Source: Okeania sp.
Lineage (GTDB): Bacteria; Cyanobacteriota; Cyanobacteriia; Cyanobacteriales; Microcoleaceae
Reading direction: 5' to 3'
DNA: 28,889 nt
Assembly: GCF_035285525.1 (NCBI RefSeq)
Contig: NZ_JAYKGW010000110.1
Span: forward strand, 1 to 28,889
A program made the position numbers and the translations under genes. The notes beneath the pieces are model-generated. The model was not told where the DNA came from and did not search any database. It saw only the letters and a program-made list of their open reading frames with translations. Positions 1 to 7,111 of this stretch are shown here, piece by piece (position 1 is the first letter of the stretch; each line of letters begins with the position of its first letter).

Positions 1-60
1 AACAGTTGGCAAATAGGGAGATTTTTCGTCAATTTCTATAATTTTTATTTTTTCTGTCAT
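1..60 (-). CDS. 5' end (20 codons) of a gene running off the left edge; product not assignable
   Basis: Minus-strand ATG at 58-60 opens MTEKIKIIEIDEKSPYLPTV and is still open at position 1. The duplicated copy at 93-218 continues IEFGDANRKTLGFLPRKAF. This resembles N-termini of small GNAT-type acetyltransferases, but that is a remembered pattern, not a match. Confidence 0.4.
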   Translation of the reverse strand, partial: MTEKIKIIEIDEKSPYLPTV

Positions 61-92
61 TTTTTATCCTTTTTTAAATCACTTAAATCAAT

Positions 93-218
93 CTAATTAT
101 TAAAAGCTTTTCTAGGTAGAAAACCTAGAGTTTTTCTATTAGCATCACCAAACTCAATAACAGTTGGCAAATAGGGAGATTTTTCGTCAATTTCTGTAAT
201 TTTTATTTTTTCTGTCAT
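93..218 (-). pseudogene. Duplicated 5' fragment of the left-edge gene (41 codons, then TAG)
   Basis: Minus-strand ATG at 216-218 gives MTEKIKITEIDEKSPYLPTVIEFGDANRKTLGFLPRKAFNN, with the stop at 93-95. It differs from the copy at 1-60 by one residue in the first 20. It falls below the ORF-track size cutoff. Confidence 0.5.
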
Positions 219-483
219 TTTTTATCCTTTTTTAGATCGCTTAACAAGACTTATATATTCAATAGAATTAAAATCTCTATTAGCCATATTACTATTTATT
301 CAATAATTCTATACTTTAGATATTTTAGTTAATTGGTATGGCATTATAAACTAATCGTGGAAACAATTCAATAGTTTTAAAACAGAGTAATCTTAAATTG
401 TTAATACAATAAATAAAATCTAGGTTAAAATATAGTTATGAGCAAATTTAAACAAAGTGAATTTGAACAATAATTAAATAGCA

Positions 484-972
484 ATGAGTAAAACTTTATA
501 CTTATAAACAAGTGTTATTGGCTATTTAACTGCCAGACCAAGCCAAAATCTAATTGTTACTGCTAATATGGCAGTAACCAGAGAATGGTGGGACACTTGC
601 CAAAGCAATTTTGAAATATATTTCTCTGAAGTAGTAATCAATGAAACAGGGAGAGGGGAAGCATAAATGGCTCAAAAGAGAATAGAAATGATTAAAGATT
701 TTCCCGTACTATTTGCCAATGAAACTGTCACAGACTTGGCTGAACAGTTTCTCCAACAAACCAATCTTCCCCCTAAAGCTAGTAATGATACATTGCATAT
801 TGCTATAGCAACTGTTTATGGTTTAGAATATCTTTTAACATGGAATTGTCGTCATATTGCTAATGCTAATATTCAGAGAAAATTATCTGAAATTAGCACT
901 AACTTTGGCTATGAATTACCAATATTTTGTACACCTTATCAATTAGCACGAAAAAACTATGATGTTACCTGA
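484..972 (+). pseudogene. PIN-domain (VapC-like) toxin gene broken by two in-frame TAA codons
   Basis: A single frame reads MSKTLYL*TSVIGYLTARPSQNLIVTANMAVTREWWDTCQSNFEIYFSEVVINETGRGEA*MAQKRIE...DTLHIAIATVYGLEYLLTWNCRHIANANIQ. Stops are at 505-507 and 664-666. The pattern YL(D)TSV ... D.LHIA ... TWNC.HI matches a PIN family common in cyanobacteria. The first stop sits where the N-terminal catalytic Asp is expected. Only 667-972 appears in the ORF track. Confidence 0.65.
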
Positions 973-1156
973 TGAAATTTTAGAAGAAATTTACAAAATT
1001 CGAGAAGAACACGCCAAAGCTTTTAACTACGATCCAGAATTAATATTCGCTGACTGGTTAGAAAAACGAGAGGAATTTGAGCAAGAATGGAAAGGGAAAA
1101 TAATTAAAAATCCTTTGAAAAAAAGAAAAGAAAGTATTTCTGAAGGGCGGGTATAA
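959..1156 (+). CDS. Small charged protein, probable cognate partner (antitoxin-like) of the PIN gene
   Basis: This 65-aa ORF has an ATG that overlaps the PIN stop by 14 nt (ATGATGTTACCTGA). It is charged and helical-looking with a K/R-rich tail. Family assignment is not possible by eye. Confidence 0.5.
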   Translation: MMLPDEILEEIYKIREEHAKAFNYDPELIFADWLEKREEFEQEWKGKIIKNPLKKRKESISEGRV

Positions 1157-1168
1157 TTTTCAAATAGA

Positions 1169-1196
1169 GTAGGGGCGATTCGCGAATCGCCCCTAC
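1169..1196. repeat. 28-bp perfect palindrome GTAGGGGCGATTCG/CGAATCGCCCCTAC (small dispersed palindrome; possible terminator)
   Basis: Perfect inverted repeat 13 nt after the stop at 1156. A T-rich run begins ~8 nt after the stem. It has the GTAG...CTAC ends typical of small palindromic repeats also seen at ~5868-5895, 7112-7141, 9487-9514 and 16184-16211. Confidence 0.7.
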
Positions 1197-1285
1197 AGGG
1201 TTATTATTTTTTTAATGAGGTTTATTCTTCATTTATTCTACTGAAAAACTAACTGTTTAATAATAATTAAAATTTCACTTCAAGA

Positions 1286-2197
1286 ATGAGTAAGTTAATA
1301 GCTTTTGGATGGTATGGAGGAAAATTTAATCATCTTGATTGGTTACTACCACTGTTGCCAGAAACACAACATTACTGTGAACCTTTTGGTGGTTCGGCAG
1401 CAGTTTTATTGAATAGAAAACCCTCTGCTGTGGAAACCTATAACGATCTAGATGGAGAAGTTGTTAACTTTTTTAGAATGTTACGGGACTCTCAAGAAGA
1501 ACTAATTCAAAAGATCGCTCTTACTCCTTTTTCTAGAGAAGAATTTAAAATAGCGTTGACACCACCTACAGAAAAAATTTCTGATTTAGAACGTGCGCGT
1601 CGCTTTTTTGTCCGAGCCAGACAAGTCAGAACAGGATTAGCTCAAACTGCGAGTGTAGGACGTTGGGCACATTGTAAACTGACAACCAGAGCAGGAATGG
1701 CAGGTGCTGTTTCCCGTTGGTTAGGTAGTGTAGAAGGATTATCAGAAATTGTGCAAAGGTTACTGCGGGTGCAAATTGAAAATTCTCCAGCTATTGAGGT
1801 TATTAAACGTTTTGATAGTGAAGAAACACTTTTTTATTGCGATCCACCCTATCCCCACGACTCGCGGACCGATAAAAAAGCTTACGGATATGAAATGACC
1901 GATGACGAACACAGAAAATTAGCTGAAGTGCTGCATAGTGTTGAAGGTAAAGTTGCCATTTCTGGATATCATTGTCAATTGTTTGATACACTCTATCAAG
2001 ATTGGTATTGTATTAATGCTCCAGCAAAAAAAGCTCATTCGACTAATACTCGTAGTGACGGAAAAAAGCAAAACCGGGTTGAAGTTTTGTGGGTAAATTA
2101 TCAATTATCAGAACAGGAGATTAAATGTCAGAACCACAAGAAATCCTTGAAACCATCTATCGACGGGCAACAACTGACATTACCCGGTTTTTTATAG
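1286..2197 (+). CDS. N6-adenine DNA methyltransferase, Dam/D12 class
   Basis: 303 aa. It has N-terminal WYGGK and EPFGGSAAV (AdoMet motif I), then FYCDPPY (catalytic DPPY motif IV) downstream. The recognition sequence cannot be inferred. Confidence 0.9.
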   Translation: MSKLIAFGWYGGKFNHLDWLLPLLPETQHYCEPFGGSAAVLLNRKPSAVETYNDLDGEVVNFFRMLRDSQEELIQKIALTPFSREEFKIALTPPTEKISDLERARRFFVRARQVRTGLAQTASVGRWAHCKLTTRAGMAGAVSRWLGSVEGLSEIVQRLLRVQIENSPAIEVIKRFDSEETLFYCDPPYPHDSRTDKKAYGYEMTDDEHRKLAEVLHSVEGKVAISGYHCQLFDTLYQDWYCINAPAKKAHSTNTRSDGKKQNRVEVLWVNYQLSEQEIKCQNHKKSLKPSIDGQQLTLPGFL

Positions 2198-3261
2198 ATG
2201 ACAACGAAATGAGTCAACAAGTAGAATATATTGCCCGAAATCTCAAAAACCGTGCTGGAGTAAGATTATTGATGTCTTGCTTACTGGCAAAAATTCATAA
2301 ACCAGAACTAGATGTGAGAAAACCTTACACGGAGATAGGTAGTAATGATGCTTTTTCAGGACGTACTTATGATGAGCAATATATTACTCCTTTTATTAGT
2401 AAGTATAATTTGCCTTGTAATAATACAACAGCTTTTCTTACACCTGCTCTACGAAACCGTAACAATACTTTGACAAAAGACTTTAATCTTGTTGGCCGTC
2501 CACCACAACTTTATCGTGCTATTCTCAATTTATTGGATGATGTTTATAATAACCGTGTTTTACCTTTTGACCTTTTAACAGAAACTGTTCGTTGGTTGAT
2601 TATTCTGAGAAATGAAAGACAGCAACGCCTAGAATCATTGATTCAAACACTAAATACTACTAGAGATGATACACTGCTCTTGTCTTGTGAAGATATAGTT
2701 AATCTAATCGAAAAACATTTGAGTTTAAAAGGAACAAGTCGTCTTCCAGTCTTAATAGTAGCTGCTGCATATAAAGTAGCTGAAAAATACCTAAAAGAAA
2801 GGATACTTTCTCTTCATTCTCATAATGCTGCGGATATTCAAACAGGTGCATTAGGAGATGTAGAAATTACATTAATGGATAATGATGAGGTTGTAACTTG
2901 TTATGAAATAAAAAATAAATCTGTTACTAATAATGACATAGATAGAGCATTACAAAAATTATCTTTAGCTAATAAAAAAATAGATAACTATATCTTTATT
3001 ACTACTGAAAAAATTAATCCACAAGTTCAAGAATATGCCAGCTATTTATACTTAAATACTGGAGGAATAGAATTTGTTATTCTGGATTGTATTTCATTTA
3101 TTAGACATTTTCTCCATTTATTTTATAGGTTAAGAAATAATTTTTTAGAAGTGTATCAAGAACTAATTCTTGCAGAACCAGAAAGTTCAGTTAGTCAACC
3201 ATTGAAAGAAGCTTTTTTAGCAATGCGTCAAGCTGTTGAAGTTAGTATGGAGGATTCCTAA
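2125..3261 (+). CDS. Unclassified protein with PD-(D/E)XK-like motif; candidate restriction endonuclease partner of the Dam-class methyltransferase
   Basis: 378 aa. AGGAG at 2115-2119 lies 5 nt before ATG 2125. The ORF overlaps the methyltransferase 3' end by 73 nt in another frame. The C-terminal half contains ALGDVEITLMDNDEVVTCYEIKNK (D ... ExK spacing). I recognised no family. Confidence 0.6.
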   Translation: MSEPQEILETIYRRATTDITRFFIDDNEMSQQVEYIARNLKNRAGVRLLMSCLLAKIHKPELDVRKPYTEIGSNDAFSGRTYDEQYITPFISKYNLPCNNTTAFLTPALRNRNNTLTKDFNLVGRPPQLYRAILNLLDDVYNNRVLPFDLLTETVRWLIILRNERQQRLESLIQTLNTTRDDTLLLSCEDIVNLIEKHLSLKGTSRLPVLIVAAAYKVAEKYLKERILSLHSHNAADIQTGALGDVEITLMDNDEVVTCYEIKNKSVTNNDIDRALQKLSLANKKIDNYIFITTEKINPQVQEYASYLYLNTGGIEFVILDCISFIRHFLHLFYRLRNNFLEVYQELILAEPESSVSQPLKEAFLAMRQAVEVSMEDS

Positions 3262-3273
3262 TTTATACTATAG
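3205..3273. repeat. 69-bp direct repeat, copy 1 (last 19 codons and stop of ORF 2125-3261 plus 12 nt)
   Basis: aaagaagcttttttagcaatgcgtcaagctgttgaagttagtatggaggattcctaatttatactatag recurs at 6816-6876 + 6948-6955 with 2 mismatches. Confidence 0.9.
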
Positions 3274-3285
3274 CGCTTTCCAGTG

Positions 3286-4845
3286 TTATTGAGCAAAACT
3301 TTTGAAACTTGGTATAATCTCAATAATTTTATCTGCTGGAACATTACCAAGCTCTCTAGGCTCTAACTTATGTAAACCACCTCCATAAACTCGGCCTTCA
3401 CTTATCAATATATCTAACGAAATTTGATTCAAAATCTGCCAAACTTTCCTGAGTATATTCGGCTTTTTATTAAAAATATCCTCTAGCTCAAATTTCGGAT
3501 ACAAAATCAAATAAACATTTGTCGCTGTTGCCTGAGAATGATTCAAAATAAATCTAAATGGTGTTTTTTTGAGTCTATTTTGACGCCCCATATAAGTACA
3601 AACTAACGCTGATGATTTACGATATTCCTGTTGATACCATAATCGCCTATGTTTACACAAATAACGATTACTAATTCCCTTTTTTATTCCCATCTGAAGA
3701 TACTCCCAAAGTGAGGGATATTGAAATTGAATTTCATTCTTTGATATATCGCATGAAAGTAGAAATAACTGACGTTCTAAAATAGGATTACCTAAAGCAT
3801 CAGCTTCAATTTCATCAACTGAAAAATATCGCGGACTAGGTAAAATAGGAGTTAAAAATTCTGGAGGAAGTTTATATTTCGATATTTGTTCTGGCGTTAA
3901 AATAAAAAAATCATTTGCCCCAGTTGCTAAACCACGTTTGATTGTAAATAATTCTGATAATTTTACTCCCTGACGCTCGATATTTATCTTGCTATTTAAT
4001 TGAGAAATATTTGTCCATTTGTTAACATTTTTTAGTGCTTTAACAGATATAAATTGAGATTTATTGGGCTTAGTTAAGCTACCACTATATGTAAACTCAA
4101 CTTGATGATTATCTGATGGAATTTTATTTCTAAACCAAACTACTGAAGAAGATACAAGAACATTTTTAAACTGCATATCTTTGGGATCAAAGGAATGAAC
4201 TCGCAATAATGTTACTTGAGTTAATAAATAATCTCTAATTTGCTGTCCATAATTCACATCCATAAACCCACTAGGAATTAACCATGCAGCCAAACAATTT
4301 TTAGCCATCCAGCCATGAGATAGAAGTAGAAAATGACAATAAATTCCTGCTAATTTACTGAGCTTTATCCCAGTTATCTTTTTTGTTAAATTTTGCAATC
4401 TTAGCTTTTCATATTTAGTTAAATGATGATGTCTAATATAGGGAGGATTACAGATTATTAAATTAGCTTTAGCGGCATCAAATTCTGGTGGAATGCAAGT
4501 TGTAAAATCAGCAATATTTAATTTTAATCTTGTTTTATTCCAAAGCTGACTCGCTTCTTGACCACAGTGAGAATCTATTTCGTATCCAATAGCTTCATCA
4601 ATCTCTGATATAGGAAATAAGTTTAATAGGGCAGAATAAAAAGCACCTGTTCCAAAAGCAGGATCGAGAAAACGAATTTTGTCTTTAGGTAAAAACTTTA
4701 TACAATATTTAAGGATATCTTTTGCTAGTTCTGTTGGTGTAGCAAACTGACCAAGTTTATTTTTTTCAGCTTGAGTTTTAGCTGCATCAAGTTGGTTTTG
4801 TAATTTTATTCTGGCTAATTCTTGAGTTTGATTTACTATCATCAT
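3286..4845 (-). CDS. N6-adenine DNA methyltransferase, gamma-type (Eco57I/TaqI-like catalytic domain plus large C-terminal target-recognition region)
   Basis: 519 aa. FLDPAFGTGAF (motif I) is followed by LIICNPPYIRHH (NPPY motif IV). Its ATG (4843-4845) directly abuts the TAG stop (4846-4848) of the upstream nuclease gene. Confidence 0.9.
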   Translation of the reverse strand: MMIVNQTQELARIKLQNQLDAAKTQAEKNKLGQFATPTELAKDILKYCIKFLPKDKIRFLDPAFGTGAFYSALLNLFPISEIDEAIGYEIDSHCGQEASQLWNKTRLKLNIADFTTCIPPEFDAAKANLIICNPPYIRHHHLTKYEKLRLQNLTKKITGIKLSKLAGIYCHFLLLSHGWMAKNCLAAWLIPSGFMDVNYGQQIRDYLLTQVTLLRVHSFDPKDMQFKNVLVSSSVVWFRNKIPSDNHQVEFTYSGSLTKPNKSQFISVKALKNVNKWTNISQLNSKINIERQGVKLSELFTIKRGLATGANDFFILTPEQISKYKLPPEFLTPILPSPRYFSVDEIEADALGNPILERQLFLLSCDISKNEIQFQYPSLWEYLQMGIKKGISNRYLCKHRRLWYQQEYRKSSALVCTYMGRQNRLKKTPFRFILNHSQATATNVYLILYPKFELEDIFNKKPNILRKVWQILNQISLDILISEGRVYGGGLHKLEPRELGNVPADKIIEIIPSFKSFAQ

Positions 4846-5808
4846 CTACACTCCAAATAGTTCTAAATCATCTATGCGATGTTCCCAGATCCAGTCTATA
4901 CCTTCGGCAGCTTCATAGCCTAAATATCCACTATCAAAATAGCCACATAAAAATAAAATAAAATTGACACCTTTGCCGTAGGTATTTCTTAATTGATTAA
5001 TTTTAATAGCTTCTTCTTTCCGTCTTTTATTTGTATTTGTATAATCGCCTGCTGATTTCGCTTCAATTAATATTGGAAACTCACCAACTTGAGAATTAAA
5101 AGGCATAATAATAGTATCAATAGGAATATTAATCTGTTTGCTACCTTTAGGTTGTTTTACTGATATATTCATCCGAAATGAAAAACTGCCTGGATTGAGT
5201 CGATCAAATTGTAAACCACTGCCAGTTTCAATATAAGAATAACCCCTATTTTCTAACCAATTTTTTATAGTAGAAAGTTGCCTTTTTTCTTGAGCATTAC
5301 GAATAATAGGGTCAGCTATATTACCACATAAATGGTCAGCAACAATTGTCGCACCTCTACTAACTTCTATATCGGTTGGTTGTCTATCATTTTTGAGCCA
5401 AGGAAAGATATCTTTATCTAGCAATCTAATAATAATTAGACAAATTTTATCAAGCTCAGAATTAATTTGTTCTGGATTCATTCGTGGTGGTATTCTTAGT
5501 TTTTCTTCCATATTTTTAACAAGATTAGGTGGTACATCAGCAAGTCCAATGAGTCGGTCACGAGCAATAGGTGGTGCTGTTGCCATCCGTAATATAGGCA
5601 AAATAAATGGGTGTTGATACAGTATCTCCTGTGAGATATTTGTTAAATTAGCTGTCAACATTAATGTTGACTCAACCTTTTGAGTGGTACTAAGACGAGT
5701 TTCTTTGTATGTTATTGGGGCAAACTCAAGAAACCAATTATTGTAGAAATCTACTGACTGAGCAATATCTTTTTTCCACAGATGGGGTTTATCTGCATTT
5801 ACTGGCAT
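4846..5808 (-). CDS. Type II restriction endonuclease candidate (PD-(D/E)XK; pattern recalls the XamI family)
   Basis: Preferred start is ATG 5806-5808 (MPVNADKPHLWKKD, 320 aa). IPIDTIIMPFNSQVGEFPILIEAKSAGD gives D ... EAK. The stop abuts the methyltransferase start. The XamI-like call rests on remembered similarity (DKPHLW, LRMATAPPIARDRLIGLA) and on the usual pairing with Eco57I-type methyltransferases. Confidence 0.7.
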   Translation of the reverse strand: MPVNADKPHLWKKDIAQSVDFYNNWFLEFAPITYKETRLSTTQKVESTLMLTANLTNISQEILYQHPFILPILRMATAPPIARDRLIGLADVPPNLVKNMEEKLRIPPRMNPEQINSELDKICLIIIRLLDKDIFPWLKNDRQPTDIEVSRGATIVADHLCGNIADPIIRNAQEKRQLSTIKNWLENRGYSYIETGSGLQFDRLNPGSFSFRMNISVKQPKGSKQINIPIDTIIMPFNSQVGEFPILIEAKSAGDYTNTNKRRKEEAIKINQLRNTYGKGVNFILFLCGYFDSGYLGYEAAEGIDWIWEHRIDDLELFGV

Positions 5809-5991
5809 TACTAAAACTTTTAAGCTCCAAATAATAATTTTAATTACAAGCGGAATGGAAGTTGAAACAAAGTAGAGACGTTGCATACAACTTCCCTACA
5901 GATTTATCATTTTTAGGACTTACGCAAAGTCTAATAATTTGATTGTTTTATTCATATTTTTACCTTATAATAATTATAGCTATAAATTCAT

Positions 5992-6756
5992 TTAATCCCA
6001 TTCAATTTCTTTTCCATAAAGTATGGAATAATAAATTTCTGGTCTATTTTCAATATCTGAACTTATTCTTAAAGGATAACCATTTTCTATCTTCTCAAAA
6101 AAGAGAATAAACTCATTATCTTTTTGAAATAATTCTGCCTTGTAACCTTTTATTTTTACTTTTCCCTGCTTAAGTAAGTGAGCATCATTACTAGGTCTTT
6201 GTCGATCAACTTTGGGTTTTGGATACTTCTTTATCAGTTCTGAAGATGACCAATTATAGTAATTATTAAATGATAAGGGTATGTAATCATCAGCAGCATA
6301 TCTAAGTTCTGAGGAAGTTGAACGAGGATCGGAAGCTATTTTTACATACATTCCCATACTAACTAGACTTTCAACAACTGGTTTAAAATCTCGATCGCCA
6401 GCAATTAAAACTGCATTAGTCATATTATTACGAATCGTGTGATTCATCATATCTACTGTTAATAAAACATCGACTTCTTTTTGACGTTTATTGTTTGGAG
6501 AACCTACTAAACTTCCTAACTTAACGTGATATCCTTCCAGAGAACGGATTTGATTAAAATCATCTTTTTGTTTAGATTTACGAGCTTTAAAATCTTCATC
6601 TTTCTCATTTTTATTCTGAATTTCATCAAGGCAGTCATAATAGAAAACTTTTTTAGCTTTAAAATGTTTTTTGACTGCAGAAAAGTCAATATTTCTCAAC
6701 TCTACAACATCATTGTTGAACCATTTAGAAATAGCTTTTTTGTACTTGTCTCTCAA
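5992..6756 (-). CDS. NYN-domain (LabA/PIN-like) putative RNase with an uncharacterised ~100-aa C-terminal region; 5' end looks defective
   Basis: EVDVLLTVDMM and AVLIAGDRDFKPVVESL match NYN acidic motifs. The track ORF starts at TTG 6754-6756. The frame stays open up to 6813 and encodes EITYLFIDGGYL, the first NYN motif, upstream of any in-frame ATG/GTG/TTG. Confidence 0.7.
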   Translation of the reverse strand: MRDKYKKAISKWFNNDVVELRNIDFSAVKKHFKAKKVFYYDCLDEIQNKNEKDEDFKARKSKQKDDFNQIRSLEGYHVKLGSLVGSPNNKRQKEVDVLLTVDMMNHTIRNNMTNAVLIAGDRDFKPVVESLVSMGMYVKIASDPRSTSSELRYAADDYIPLSFNNYYNWSSSELIKKYPKPKVDRQRPSNDAHLLKQGKVKIKGYKAELFQKDNEFILFFEKIENGYPLRISSDIENRPEIYYSILYGKEIEWD

Positions 6757-6815
6757 ATAACCTCCATCAATAAATAAATACGTTATTTCTGGTGGTTCAT
6801 TACTTATTATTTGTC

Positions 6816-6955
6816 AAAGAAGCTTTTTTAGCAATGCGTCAAGCTGTTGAAGTTAGTACGGAGGATTCCTAAATTATCAGGACTTACACACGCATATCAA
6901 ATCATACATCAGTTGTAGGGTTTAACGGCCTTCTGCGTAAGTCCTGATACTATAG
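6816..6955. repeat. 69-bp direct repeat, copy 2, split by a 71-bp MITE (repeat parts 6816-6876 and 6948-6955)
   Basis: Same 69-mer as 3205-3273. Mismatches are t3248/c6859 and t3262/a6873. Confidence 0.9.
6877..6947. mobile_element. 71-bp MITE with terminal inverted repeats TCAGGACTTAC ... GTAAGTCCTGA
   Basis: It interrupts repeat copy 2 exactly where copy 1 is continuous (cctaa[t/a]tta^tactatag). The same termini occur at 7234-7335, and a solo end occurs at ~5918-5934. Confidence 0.8.
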
Positions 6956-7062
6956 AACTAATTGTTTAATAATAATTAAAGTCTAACTTAAAGAATGAGT
7001 AAATTAATAGCTTGTGGATGGTATAGAGGAAAATTTAATCATCTTGATTGGTTATTGCCACA
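6956..7062 (+). pseudogene. Remnant of the Dam-class methyltransferase 5' region (upstream 39 nt plus first 22 codons)
   Basis: About 90% identical to 1247-1353 (10 mismatches in 107 by my count). It reads MSKLIACGWYRGKFNHLDWLLP from ATG 6995, with WYGGK changed to WYRGK. It then diverges and stops at 7103-7105. Confidence 0.8.
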
Positions 7063-7111
7063 CTTTGTTGTAGTTTATATATTTGACTCTGAAAACTTTT
7101 TATAAAACTTT

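Larger units (their letters stand above)
1..244. repeat. Direct duplication: copies at 1-86 and 159-244 (offset 158 bp)
   Basis: Read by eye, the two copies are identical over the first ~76 nt except a38/g196. They degrade after position ~77/235. Each copy holds the start codon, the first 20 codons and ~26 nt upstream of the minus-strand gene. Confidence 0.9.

Noticed and set aside
1286-2197. Assigning GATC specificity (true Dam) to the D12-class methyltransferase, and GTCGAC (XamI/SalI) specificity to the second R-M pair.
   Set aside because: Family membership does not fix the recognition sequence. Nothing in the window, such as site avoidance I could count reliably by eye, supports a specific motif.
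2125-2208. Alternative later start (ATG 2209) for the 378-aa ORF, which would avoid the overlap with the methyltransferase.
   Set aside because: I kept 2125 because of the AGGAG 5 nt upstream. ATG 2209 has no such context. This remains uncertain without homologues.
5809-5886. N-terminal extension of the restriction endonuclease ORF (MQRLYFVSTSIPLVIKIIIWSLKVLV).
   Set aside because: The upstream ATG sits in a GTAGAGACGTTGCAT-type palindromic repeat, and MQRLY is its usual spurious translation. The family-like sequence begins at MPVNADKPHLW (ATG 5806-5808).
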